Source: Gracilinanus agilis
Lineage: Eukaryota
DNA: 64,000 nucleotides
NCBI RefSeq assembly: GCF_016433145.1
Contig: NC_058132.1
Coordinates: 27,104,158 to 27,168,157 of the forward strand
Direction: 5' to 3'
Below, piece by piece: positions 47,641 through 59,449 of this stretch. How positions within the stretch are numbered: position 1 is the first letter of the stretch; every line of letters starts with the position of its first letter. The notes under the pieces are model-generated. The model saw nothing but the letters and a program-made list of their open reading frames with translations. It searched no databases and had not been told where the DNA came from. Made by a program: the position numbers and the translations under genes.

Positions 47641-50600
47641 TTCTATGTCTTTGTTCTGGCTATTCCCCCTGCCTTGAATGCCCTTCTTCCTTATTTCTTT
47701 CTCCTGGAATCCCTAGCTTTGTTCAAGACTCCTGCCAAGGACTACCTTCTATTGAACACCTATAGTCCTACCTCACTGTTAGCCACAGCAACTGAAGACC
47801 CAGAAAAGAAAGTTTTACTCCCAGTTCCTTGGTACCATCAAATGGTTCAACATCTGAAATGGATAGAATAATATAATCATAATAGCTAGCATTAATAATA
47901 TAATATCATAATAATAACAGCTAGCTATTATGCCAAGTACTTTACACATCTTATTGGACTCTCACAACCCTGGGAGATAGGTACTATTATTATCTCCATT
48001 TAACAGTTGCCTAGGATCACACATAGAGGTAGTGTCTGAGGTAGGTTTTGAATTCAGATCTTTCTGAATCTAGGCTCCACATTTTATCCATAGTCTCAAA
48101 TAATCAATAAATATTTATTGAACACCTACTATGTGTCAGATAATGTGCTAAGAACTAGGGATACAAAGAGGTGAAACACAGTCCCTGTCCTCAGTGAACT
48201 CATAATCTAGTGGGAGACACAGCAAACAAACAAGTACAAACAAGCTCCATTCAAGAAAAAAAGGAAATAATGAAGAGAGAGGGAAGTCACTAGAATTAAA
48301 GGGGCTTGGGAAGGGGTTCTTGTAGAAGGAGGGATTTGAGCTGGACCTTGAAGGAAGCCAGGGAAGCCAGGGGGTCAAGATGAACAGGGAGAACAGTGCA
48401 GAGATGGGATGCTGTCAGAGGGATCAAAGATGAAAAGGATAGACTTCAGGCTGGCCACCAGCAGCCTATTGCAGTAATCAAGAATTGAGGGTTGGGGCAG
48501 TGTTAGGAGAGAAGGGGATGTATTCCAAGATCTTATAGAGACGGTTTAGGGGGAAAGATAATGATATCAGTTTTAGACATTTTGAGTTTAAGACATCTAC
48601 TGGACATCCAATTCGAGATGTCTTAAAGGTAGTTGGAGATGTAATATTTGTGATTGGGACAGGGGTAAGTAGATTTGAGAATAATCAACACAGGGATGGG
48701 AATTAAATTCAGGAGAACAGATATCATAAAGTAGTCCTATACTGCAAAAGTCCCGCTTTCTCCAGGCAGGGGTCTTGGGGGCTTGGCGGTGTTGGTGAGG
48801 TTGAATTAGCACAGCCAGAGATTCAGATGGTTTTCACAGAGGCTGTCCTGCCACCATCTGCCGACTTCTTTTATTTATATCTTTTCTTTCTTAAGATTAC
48901 ATACAAGGTTGCTATGGATATTCCATAATCAACATACGTCTTTTCTTGGAGATAGTGAACAAGCCATACACCAACTTTATTACCGACAACCTTGTTACTA
49001 ACAACTTTTTCATTTCCCAGTAACTTCCAATATTTTTCAAGGTGTGTTTACTTATCTCCTTGGCTATGGAGTGGAGAAAGCAGTCCAGTCAGTGGAATGG
49101 GACATACCAGCCTTTGAGATCAATTTCTCTATTTATCATCCATTGTTAACTACCGAATCAGGAATCAGGGAGGGGGGAGACTTGGAGACTGTTCTGGTAT
49201 GTTTTTGCAGGCACTTGTGTATCTAAGTTAGGGTTTTTAAATCTTTAACATTAACTCACTATATGCTGGTTTGCTATAGGGAGACTTTAGGGGAATTTCT
49301 GTATTATTACATATAAAGGTGGGACTTTTCCTAGGAGTTTGTAGGAGGCTTGTAAGGGTTCTAATAATAGCCTATGATGTTCTCCTATATGTTCCTGGGG
49401 CTAGAGATATTGATCATAATAATTCCTGTAATGAGGGGTGTTGGTAAGAGAAGAATCACACAGGGGAAACTGAGTGAGAAATCCATCCTCCTTTGACCTG
49501 CTTTGCAGAATCTCAGGGTTCACACGTGACTTTGTCATCCATCATGAATTTGACAGTTCTCAGCACTATACCACTCCAATAGAGAGATGGAAAATAAGCC
49601 ATAGTGTCACCTCCAGCTCCCAACACTACCTGCTAAATCCAAATGCCTTGCTCTCAGTGCATGTACTACTTAGTGGCAGGGCCACATGAAGTGGTGGAAG
49701 AAGCAGGAATTTTGTAGTTAGGAGAGACTTAGATTCAAATTTACTGTGTGACTTTGGATAAGTCATCTGATATTAACGTACCCCTGGCAATTCCCAAATG
49801 CTCTTCTACTACTAAACTGTTATTTTTGGAGAGTGAAAACTCTCTATACTGATCATGTAACAGCCTGGATTTCTGTAGACTAAAGAAATCCCAAATTCTC
49901 TTAGGTGAATAAAATGGGAATAATAAAAGCACCCACCCCCACAGGCTTGTCGTGAGGATAAAATGAGATCCATATCTATATAGCTATAGCTATCTAGCCA
50001 TACCTATATATAGTGGAAAATTAATATTGAACTGTAATAATTTGTATACAAAACCTTTCCTAAAATTCCTCAAATTTAGAAAGTCAGCCAGCTTTCAAGT
50101 TAAGGTGATTTACTCCAAGTCTTCAAGGGGCATCTCACTGGGCTGGCTCTAGTTATAGAGCAGGGTGGAGATTGGCTCCTTGTTTATCCATGAACAAGAA
50201 CTCTCTTAAGTAAGGAAAGTCAGCAAGCTCTAGCTGCCATGCCATGCTGCCCCAGCCACATGGCAGGGAGTGAAGGGCTTCCTAGCATCCTAAAGACTCA
50301 CCTCTTCCTATGATGAAGTAATGAGGGAGGAGTTGGAGTCTTTAAGTCCACCTCCTCAATGGCTATTTACCAAGTAGTGTAAGAAATAAAATGAATATAA
50401 AAGGATAGCTTTAAAAATATTATGGTTTTAAAAGATTTATTGGTAGCCATTAGAAAAATGAAGCCACATGCCATTCTAGCTAGTCAGTTTAAAAAAACTG
50501 CTTGCCTTGCCTGTGGTCTCCATAGATTGCCAAGAGGAAGTGCAAGTCCAGCCCTTTAGTTTTATCCTTGGGTCTACGTCATTATGTAACTGTCTACATC

Positions 50601-50977
50601 ATCACGTAAGACAGGAAGCCAGTGGGCTCATGGGAAATTTAGTTCAGAGACCACAAAATTCCAATAACACAGCAGAAATCTCTTGGGACATCTAGAGGAG
50701 GGACCAAGTGATGACATCACAAAGGGATACATATTGGTCTGTTCAAGAAGAAGTTGTTCTCTTCTCTCTGTCTTTGTAGACTCACTTGGCCCAGATGCTT
50801 TTGGACCCCAGCTCTTTGGCCCTGCTTGCATTCATTGGCATCTGTTTGGATTATGGATGGCTAGTTTAGATTTCTTCAGAGGCCAACGAATAAACTAACA
50901 AAAATTAAGAAATACTATTTCTCGAGAAGATTAAATATACATACATATATATATATAAAGAGAGAGAAACAGAGAGA

Positions 50978-51220
50978 GCTCGGTGGCACAATGGATAGAG
51001 TGCTTGGGCCCAAAGTCAAGAAGATCTAAGTTCGAATCTGCCCTCAGACATTCACCAGCTGTGGGACCCTGGGCAAGTCACTTTAAGCTATTTATCACCA
51101 TTTCATTATCTATAAAATGAGTTGGAGAGGGAAATGGCAAAACACTCCAGTATCTTAGTTGTGACCAAGAAAATCCCCAAACTGGGTCACAAAGAATTGA
51201 AGACAATTGAATAATAACAA
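50978..51220 (+). mobile_element. MAR1-like CORE-SINE
   Basis: tRNA-like head, B-box aagttcgaatc, gagggaaatggcaaaacactccagtatc tail. Confidence 0.72.
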
Positions 51221-51992
51221 CACACACATAGATACATATATACAAATAGGCTGCTTTGTGAAACATTAAAGTGTTATATAAATGTCGGCTCTCATTATTA
51301 CTTTTCCTTCCCTAGTTTTTGACAGTGTTCATCACCCCACTCCTCTTTCCGTGCCTTCTGTGCTAAAGCTGTCTATTCTCTTCCTGCCTGGATAAAATAA
51401 AACTAACAAAGTAGTTCATTAACAAAGCAAAACTAACAAGCTGTAATTGGGATCAAAAGATTGCAGCCTGCAATTCTCCCACAGCACCATGCACTATGGC
51501 ACTGGGATTCTCCAATGAGATAGAGAGAAAGAGATGGTTAAAAAGTCTTGTGGAGGAGGAAGGAACAGCCTGGTTATCTAAACCCACAGAAAATTGGACA
51601 AGATGATAATAGCCACAGGCCAGCAGGGGTAGGGAATGGGATTTTTTGTTCTTTGGGATTTCTGGAAATGAGGCAAGGCTAATTAGTAGTCAATTCATAA
51701 TCATCAGCTGCCTTTTGGTTTAATCTGGGAAAGAGGCAGCCAGAAAATTGTCTGCAGCTAAAGTTCACATTTCCCCCTTTTTTTTGGTTGAGATGAATTT
51801 CATCAAGAGAGGCACTAAGGGTCTGATGTGCCATTAGATCAAGTCAGTCATCTTAGTCCAGGTTTTGCAGAAAACTCTAGGAACAAAAAGATCATCCTGG
51901 AGGATCTGGGGTACTAGTCAAAGGAGGGAACCCAGGCCAGCAGGGAACCAGCAAAAAAAATAGATCATCTTTGTACTAAGAGTGGGGTAAGA

Positions 51993-52164
51993 AGGGGCAT
52001 CCAGGTAGCTCAATGGATTGAGAGCCAGACCTAGAGACAGGAGGTCCTAGGTTCAAATCTGGCCTCAGACACCTCCCAGCTGTGTGACCCTGGGCAAGTC
52101 ACTTAACCCCCATTGCCTACCCTTACCACAGAAGGTAAGGGTTTTAAAAATAAATTTTAAAAAA
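51993..52164 (+). mobile_element. Opossum SINE1-type copy with an internal deletion
   Basis: 15-bp TSD AAGAGTGGGGTAAGA at 51978-51992 and 52165-52179. Confidence 0.9.
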
Positions 52165-52422
52165 AAGAGTGGGGTAAGAGACAGAAACTGGTATACAGAC
52201 AAGGGGGTAGTTGGAGGCAGTCCTCTTAGACAAGCAAGTCTTACAAAAGACAACTGCTTGAGGGCAGAGCCAATATGATGGAGAAGGTACAGAGAATCAT
52301 CTGATTTCTATCAAATTACTCTCCAAAAAAGCAATGATATAATTCCTCAAAACAATTCTGGAACAGCATAACCCACAAAGAGACAAGGTGAAGTAATTTT
52401 TCAGCCTAAAGCAACTTAGAAG

Positions 52423-52650
52423 TGTGTAATTAGAATTTTGTACCCCAGGACTCTATTTCCCAGAATCCCACTTTTGTCCTCACATTACATCCTTACGTTT
52501 TGGAGATAAAGTTTCCCAACCATGGTTGGGAAAAAACTGCTCTTTATTCAGGCTTTACTTTTACTTTTGTTTCCTCTACTTCAAGTGATTATTAATAAAT
52601 CTTATAAAATATAATACTTGGAGTTATTGGATATTAATTTAAATCTTACA
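52423..52650 (+). mobile_element. Solo LTR (ERV1-like) inserted in L1 5'UTR-like sequence
   Basis: TG...CA termini, 4-bp TSD GAAG, internal AATAAA near the 3' end. Confidence 0.7.
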
Positions 52651-54922
52651 GAAGGCTGGCACGAGGGAGCTAGTACACCAAAGTAGGAGTGCAGCTCAGC
52701 ATGCCAGAGCTTTGTATTCTTATAAATTTGACACAATTCTCTCTATATTTGAGAAATGAAGTCTTTATCAGAGACACCTGTTTAAAATTTTTTTCCCCCA
52801 AATTTGTTATTTCCTTTTTCATCTTGGTTGCATTGGTTTTGTTTGTATAAAACCTTTAAAATGTAATGCAATAAAAATTATCCATTTCATTTTTCATTTT
52901 CTTGAGGTCTTGTTTGTTCACAAATTTTTCCCTTATCCATAATTCTGACAAGTAAACTTTTCTATGTTCCCCTAATTTGTTTATGGCATCACCCTTTATT
53001 TTTAAATCAAGTATCTATTTTGACTTTATTTTGGTGTATGGTTTGAAATGTTGGTCTATGCCTTGTTTCTTCCACATTGTTTCCCAATTTTCCTAGCAGT
53101 TTTTGTCAGATAATGAGTTCTTTCTCCCAAAGCTTGGATCTGTGGGTTTCAAACACTTAAGTTGCTATGGACATGAACTACTATGTGTTCCTTTCCTGAC
53201 CTATTCCATCAATCCACTATATTTCTTAGCTAGTACCAGATTGTTTTAATGGTTACTACTTTATAGTATAATTTGAGATCTGGTATAGCTAAGATCTTCC
53301 TTCATATTTTTTTCCATTAATTCCTTTGATATTCTTGACCTTTGGTTTTTCCAGCATTATTTTTTCTAGTTCTGTGAAATTAGTTTTAAGTAGTTTGATT
53401 GGCATGGCCTTGAATCGGTAAATTAATTCAGGTAGGACTGTCATTTTTTAAAATATTGGCTCAGCCTATCTGAACAATTAAAATTTTCCCAATAGTTTAG
53501 GCCTGACCTTGTGTATAGAGTGTTTTGTAATTGTAATCATATAGTTGATTGGTTTTGGAAAATATACCCCTGGTTTTTTAATTTTGTCTATAGTTCTTTT
53601 AAATGCAATTTTCTTTTCTATCTCTTGATGTTGGACTTTGCTGGTGGTAAACAGATTGATGATTTATGTGGGTTTATTTTGTATTCTGCAACTTTGCCAA
53701 AGTTATGAATTATTCCTATTGTTTTTTTGGCTGATTCTCTGAGATTCTCTATGTATATCATCATATCTGCAAAGAGTGATAGTTTTGTTTTCTCATTGAC
53801 TATTCTAATTCCTTCAATTTCTTTTTCTGTTCTAATCCCTATAGATAACATTTCTAGTACAATATTAAATAGTGGTGATAATGAGTATCCTTGCTTCACT
53901 CCAGATCTTTTTGGGAAGGGTTTTAATTTAAACCCATTACAGATAATGCATGTTGATAATTTTAGATAGATGCCATTTTTCACTCTTTAAGAAAGCTCCT
54001 TTTATTCCAGTGTTTTCTAATATTCTTTATAAGGAGTGGGTATTGTATTTTGTCAAAAGCTTTTTATCTATGATAGATAATCATATGATTTCTGTTGTTT
54101 TTGTTATTGATATGGTCAATTATGTTTATGGTTTTCCTAATATTGCACCAACCTTTGTATTCCTGGTATAAAGACCACATGGTTATGTTGTATATAATGC
54201 TATAATTTCCTTGCAAGTATTTTATTTATATTCCTAATATTCATTAGGAAAATTGGTCTATAGTTTTCTTTCACTGTTTTAGCTCTTCCTAGTTTAAGTA
54301 TTAGTACCACATTTCTGTCATAAAAGAAATTTGGAAGAATTCCTTCTTTTATTTTTTCCAAATAGTTTACATAGTTCTGGAGTTAGTTGTTCTTTGAATG
54401 TTTGGTTGAATTCACTTGTGAATCCATCTGGTCCTGAGACCTTTTCTTAGGGTGTTCTTTGCTTGCTAAATTTCTTTTTCTGTGATAGATTGTTTAAGTA
54501 TTCTATTTCCTCTTCTGTTAATCTGGGCAGTTTATATTTTAAATATTCATCGATTTCACTAAGATTGTCAGATTATATAGTTGGGCAAAATAATTCCCAA
54601 TAATTGTTTTAATTTCTTCTTCATTGGTTGTGATTTCACCTTTTTCATTTTTGATACTGACAAAAATTTGGTTGATTTCTTTTTTAAATCAACTTAACCA
54701 ATGGTTTATCTATTTTACTTATATTTTTGTAAAACCAGCTTCTTGTCTTACTTACTAGTTCAATGGTCTTCTTATTTTCAATTTTATACATCTCTCTTTT
54801 GATTTTAAAGATTTCCAATTTGATTGTTAAGATTAAAAATTGGAGAAACTGGCTGTAGATTTTAATATTATTATTTATTGATATAAAGGAGGAGAGAAAG
54901 ATTTATTGATATAAAGGAGAAG

Positions 54923-54974
<52 letters not shown>

Positions 54975-56045
54975 GTAGATTGATCTTAGAGGAAGTTTAC
55001 CCTAATCTAGCTTCTCCATTATACTAAATGCCCTGCAGTGATCCCAGGCAGTATCCAGTTCTCTTTCCTTTCAGCTTTTTCCCTATTCACAAAAGTTTTG
55101 CTTCCAACCACTGCCTCCCCCAATTCATAGTCCTTTTTTTTCCATCATCCCTTTCTGCCCCCCCCCCCCTTATCTTATTCCCCTTTCCCTCTACTTCACT
55201 CTAGAATTCCATAGATTTCTATACCTGGCTGAGTGTGTGGGTGTTATTTCCACTTTGAGCTCATTCTAATGAGAGTAAAGTTCAAGCATTGCCTACCACC
55301 ACCACCCCAATCTTTTCCTCCACTGTATTGACTATTAGGGGCCTCTTTATGTGAGATAATTTACTCCTTTCTATCTATCCTTTTCTCCCTGTATGTTACT
55401 CTTTCCTGTCTCTTGGTTTTTTTGTTTGTTTTTTGGGGGGGAATATCAATCCATCCTATTCTGCTTACTCCTGTCCTGCTTTCTATGTATATTCCTCCTT
55501 ATTATTATATCCTTATTGTCCTAATAAAGGTCTTAAGTCTTTATGTATCTGGAATACTGTAAATACCTTAAATATCTAAAGTATCACAGATATCTTAAGT
55601 ATCTAAATTATGCATGTTCTCAATCTTTTTGAAACCTTTAAGTTTTCACTTTTCTCATATGATTTAATCACTTGTTTATTTGGGTATATGATTTAGGGTT
55701 TTGGTTTCAAAAAATTGCTCTATTATTGAAATGGATTTTGAGTGATAATACATGCAAAACCCAGTGGAATTGCTTGTCAATTAGGATAGGGGAAGGAAGA
55801 GGGGAGGAAGAGAACATGAATCATGTAACCTTGGAAAATGTGTGTAGATTTGTTCGTGGAATAAATAAAAAATTTTAAGCTTTCACTTTTCTGTTTATCT
55901 TTTTATGCTTCTCTTGAGTGGGGAATTTGCTCACCCAATTTTCTTTTCAGCTCTGAGTTTGTTATTAGGAATGTCTGGAAGTCCTCTATTTCATTAAATA
56001 TCACTTTTTTCCCCAGAAAGTATTGTGCTCAGCTTTGCTGGGTAT

Positions 56046-57127
56046 TGAAATCATGTAGATTCTTGATGTGATGGTGATAATAATGTCAAGATACCAAAAT
56101 TTAGTTGGTTCCTTAGTACCCCACAGTGAAAAGGCCTATGAGCCTCCTCACGATGACCAGTGAGCTTCTCAGATTCCCAGACAGATTTTAAAAACGGACA
56201 GTGATTTATTTTTGGAAACATGGTAAGATGAAGGGGAGGATTAAGGAATTAGGATTCCTAACTCTAAGGGTTCTAGTTAATGTCCCACCTTCTAAGAACT
56301 CTGCATGGAGATTTCTTCATTTTCTTCCATGTTCCCTAATTCCTACTCTGTCTAACTTCCCAGAATTGACTAGCTACCTGACACTATTTAATCCTCCCAG
56401 ATCACTTTATTTATTTGTTTGTTTATTTAAAACCCTTACCTTCTGTCTTGGGGTTAATTCTGTGTATTAGCTCCAAGGCAGAAGAGTGGTAAGGGTGGGC
56501 AATGGGGGTCAAGTGACTTGCCCAGGGTCACACAGCTGGGAAGTGTCTGAGGCCGGATTTGAACCCAGGACCTCCCATCTCTAGGCCTTGCTCTCAATCC
56601 AATGAGCTACCCAGCTGCCCCCACTCCCCACTCAGATTACTTTAGTAGGATAAGCAGGTCTTCTGAGTAGCTTCAGGGTGAACCCTTTATGTCAGGGTTC
56701 AACCCTAGTAGGGTTGGGCCCAAGTTGGCTTCTGGCCTTCCCACCACAGGCAGTTTGTACAGGTTTGTCTGGTCATAGGCCTTCTGAGTTGACAGGTACT
56801 TCCAGCTTGCAGGAACAATGATGATTTTAAGTCAAATATAAAAAATTTTTTCAGTCAGGAACAGCAGGGATCAAGGTATTCAGTTCCAGGGAATAGGAAA
56901 CCAAAAAACTTCCTCAGTTCACCAAGATGGAGAGAGAGGAAATCCCAGCTTCAGATTGTCCCAGTTACAGGAAGTCTAAGAGCCCCTCAGTAACTGCCGA
57001 TGTTTACTTTTATCTCCTTCCCTATATTCCATTCCACAGCATGTAGTCAGGTCCAGCAAACTTTTCTCTTTGCAAAATCTCTCTCTTTCGCCTATTTGCA
57101 ACCCATTTCTCTTCTTCCCTTCTTACA
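56046..57127. mobile_element. Solo LTR with a nested SINE (about 56400-56620), splitting L1 ORF1
   Basis: TG...CA termini, 4-bp TSD GTAT at 56042-56045 and 57128-57131; L1 sequence resumes on both sides. Confidence 0.72.
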
Positions 57128-57904
57128 GTATATGATTCTTGGTTGTAGGCCTAGATCCTTTCACTTTCAGAAGATCATATTTCATGCCTTCTAATTCTTA
57201 ATGTAGAAGCTGCCAAGTCCTGTAATCCTGACTGTGGGGACTTGCAGCATTTTTTACTTGTGAGGGTTTTTGAATTTTGCTATTATATTCCTGGGATATT
57301 TTAGGGTTTCTTTCAGGAGATGATTGGGTGGTTCTTTTTTTTTCTTTTTAAACCCTTATCTTCCATTTTATAATCAATACATAGGTATTGGTTCTAAAGC
57401 AGAAGAGAGGTAAGGGCTAAGCAGTGGGAGTTAAGTGGCTTACCCAGGGTCATACAGCTATAAAGAGTCTAAGACCAGATTTGGACCTCTCATCTCTAAG
57501 CCTGGCTCTCAATATACTTAGCTGCCCCCTAATTGCTTCTTTCAATTTCTGTTTTCCCTTATTGTTCAAGGATATTAGGGCAGGTTTCCCTTATGATTTC
57601 TTGTAATATAGTATATAGGTTCTTTTAAAAAAAATCATAACTTTCAGGTATTCAGATGATTCTTAGATTGTCTCTCTTGGATCTATTTTCCAGGTCATTT
57701 GTTTTTCCAGTGAAGTATCTGAGATTTTCTTCTATTTTTTTTTCATTCTTTTGATTTTGTTTTATTGTTCCTGAGGCCTCATGGAATTATTAATTAGCTC
57801 ATTAGCTTCCATTTGCTCAATTCTAATTTTTAGGGAGTTATTTTTTCCTTAAGTTTTTGTAGTTCCTTTTCCTTTTGACTCATTCTAGTCTTTAGGAAGT
57901 TGTT

Positions 57905-58122
57905 TTCTTTATTTTATTTTATTTTTTTAAAACCCTTACCTTCTGTCTTGAAGTCAATACTGTGTATTGTCTCCAAGGCAGAAGAGTGTTAAGGGTAGGC
58001 AGTGGGGGTCAAGTGACTTGCCTAAGGTCACACAGCTGGGAAGTGTCTGAGGTCAGAGTTGAACCTAGGACCTCCCGTCTCTAGGCCTGACTCTCAATCC
58101 ACTGAGCTACCCAGCTGCCCCC
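57905..58122 (-). mobile_element. Opossum SINE1-type copy inside L1 (another lies at about 57335-57528)
   Basis: Full reverse-orientation SINE with a T-rich tail. Confidence 0.88.
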
Positions 58123-59449
58123 CTTTCTTTATTTTTTTGCTTCACTTTCCATTTGGATCTTTCTGGTCTTTAGGGATTTATTTTCTTCAGTGTACTTTTT
58201 CTTGGGGGGTGGCTTTCATTGCCATATGACCCATTCCAGTTTCCAAGTTGTTGAATCTTTCTATTATTTATTTTATTATTTGATTTTAAACTTTTTTTTT
58301 TCCAAGTTCTTCCAAGAATTTTTTTGGGACCTGACATTCTTTCTCACTTTCTTTTGGGGCTTGACATGTTTTATTTTTGCCATTCTTGTCCTCTTCTGAA
58401 TTTAAATTTTGATCTTTCAGGCTACTAAATAACTTTATACAGTTAGTTTTTTTCTTTGTCTTTTGCTCATTTTCCTAATTATTATTCTCCCTCCCCTCAT
58501 AAAGTTGTCTATCTGTTGAGGTTCTGCTCTGCTCCTGGGGTAGAGGAAGTGCTGTTCTAAGATTGTAGTGTGGCCTTCTCTAGTGCTTGGTGTAGGCCCA
58601 GTTATCTTTCTGTCTCTCAGTGTGCACTTGGAAGGGGCAGAGAGGTTTGCAGCTGTTTTGTCCAGCTGGTTTCATCTCCTTTGGTTGTGCATTTCCTTAT
58701 TGTTTCTTGTGCTGGGATATTCCCTGCTCTGCCAGTTCATTGCCTCAGGCCATACAGGCTCTTCTCCCAGTATAGTTTCATTACCTGAGGCTATGTAGAC
58801 ACTCATAGGATCTGGTTTTGGGCTGCTCCCTGGTCTGCTGCTTCATTGCCTCAGGCTACTTGGGATGCTTCCTACTCTTCCATTTCCTTACCTCAGGACA
58901 TATGGAAACTCCTAGGTTGGCATTTGGTTGCTCCCCATCTGCCTTTTCATTGCCTTAAGCCACAGGGAAATACTTTGGGCTGTTCTTTATTTTGAAAGGA
59001 GGTTAAATATACCACAAATCCTACCAAATCATTGTAAACAAGCATAAAAGAACATAGAAACAGTAACTAGTTGATTAGAATGGAGCTACCTTTCAGACAA
59101 GACATAAGAAATTCACAATTGTGATAAAACTCTTGACATCAGTCTTTAAATATAAGGTAGGCCCTTGGTTAAGGTCTCTGGACAGCAAGTACAGGTTCAG
59201 GTCTCCAGTCACACAGTTCTAGGTTGAAACAATGCTCAATTTCCACACTCACTGTCTTTCTTAAGAGTCTGTGCAGGAAAAGTTCTAGCTTTGGACTTGG
59301 GGCTGAAGGTGCTCAGCTGAGACCTCAGAATGCTTCTACTCTGAATTGTCACGTGGGTGATATAGGTGGATGATGCTGATGGATCCTTATCTTGGTCAGT
59401 GATATCAAAGGTTTGAGGGTCTGTTCTCAACAATCTGCTGCCAGACTAC

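Larger units (their letters stand above)
52715..58980 (-). mobile_element. Fragmented marsupial L1 (5'UTR, ORF1, ORF2 EN-RT) interrupted by LTRs and SINEs
   Basis: ORF 53618-53983 encodes L1 RT motifs SGVKQGYSLSP and KLSLFADMMIY; T-rich plus strand; ORF1-like sequence at about 55880-56045 and 57130-58420. Confidence 0.88.

Noticed and set aside
50760-50900. Strong plus-strand acceptor followed by a short frame and AATAAA
   Set aside because: No recognisable protein or upstream exon; at most a lncRNA exon, which the sequence alone cannot support.
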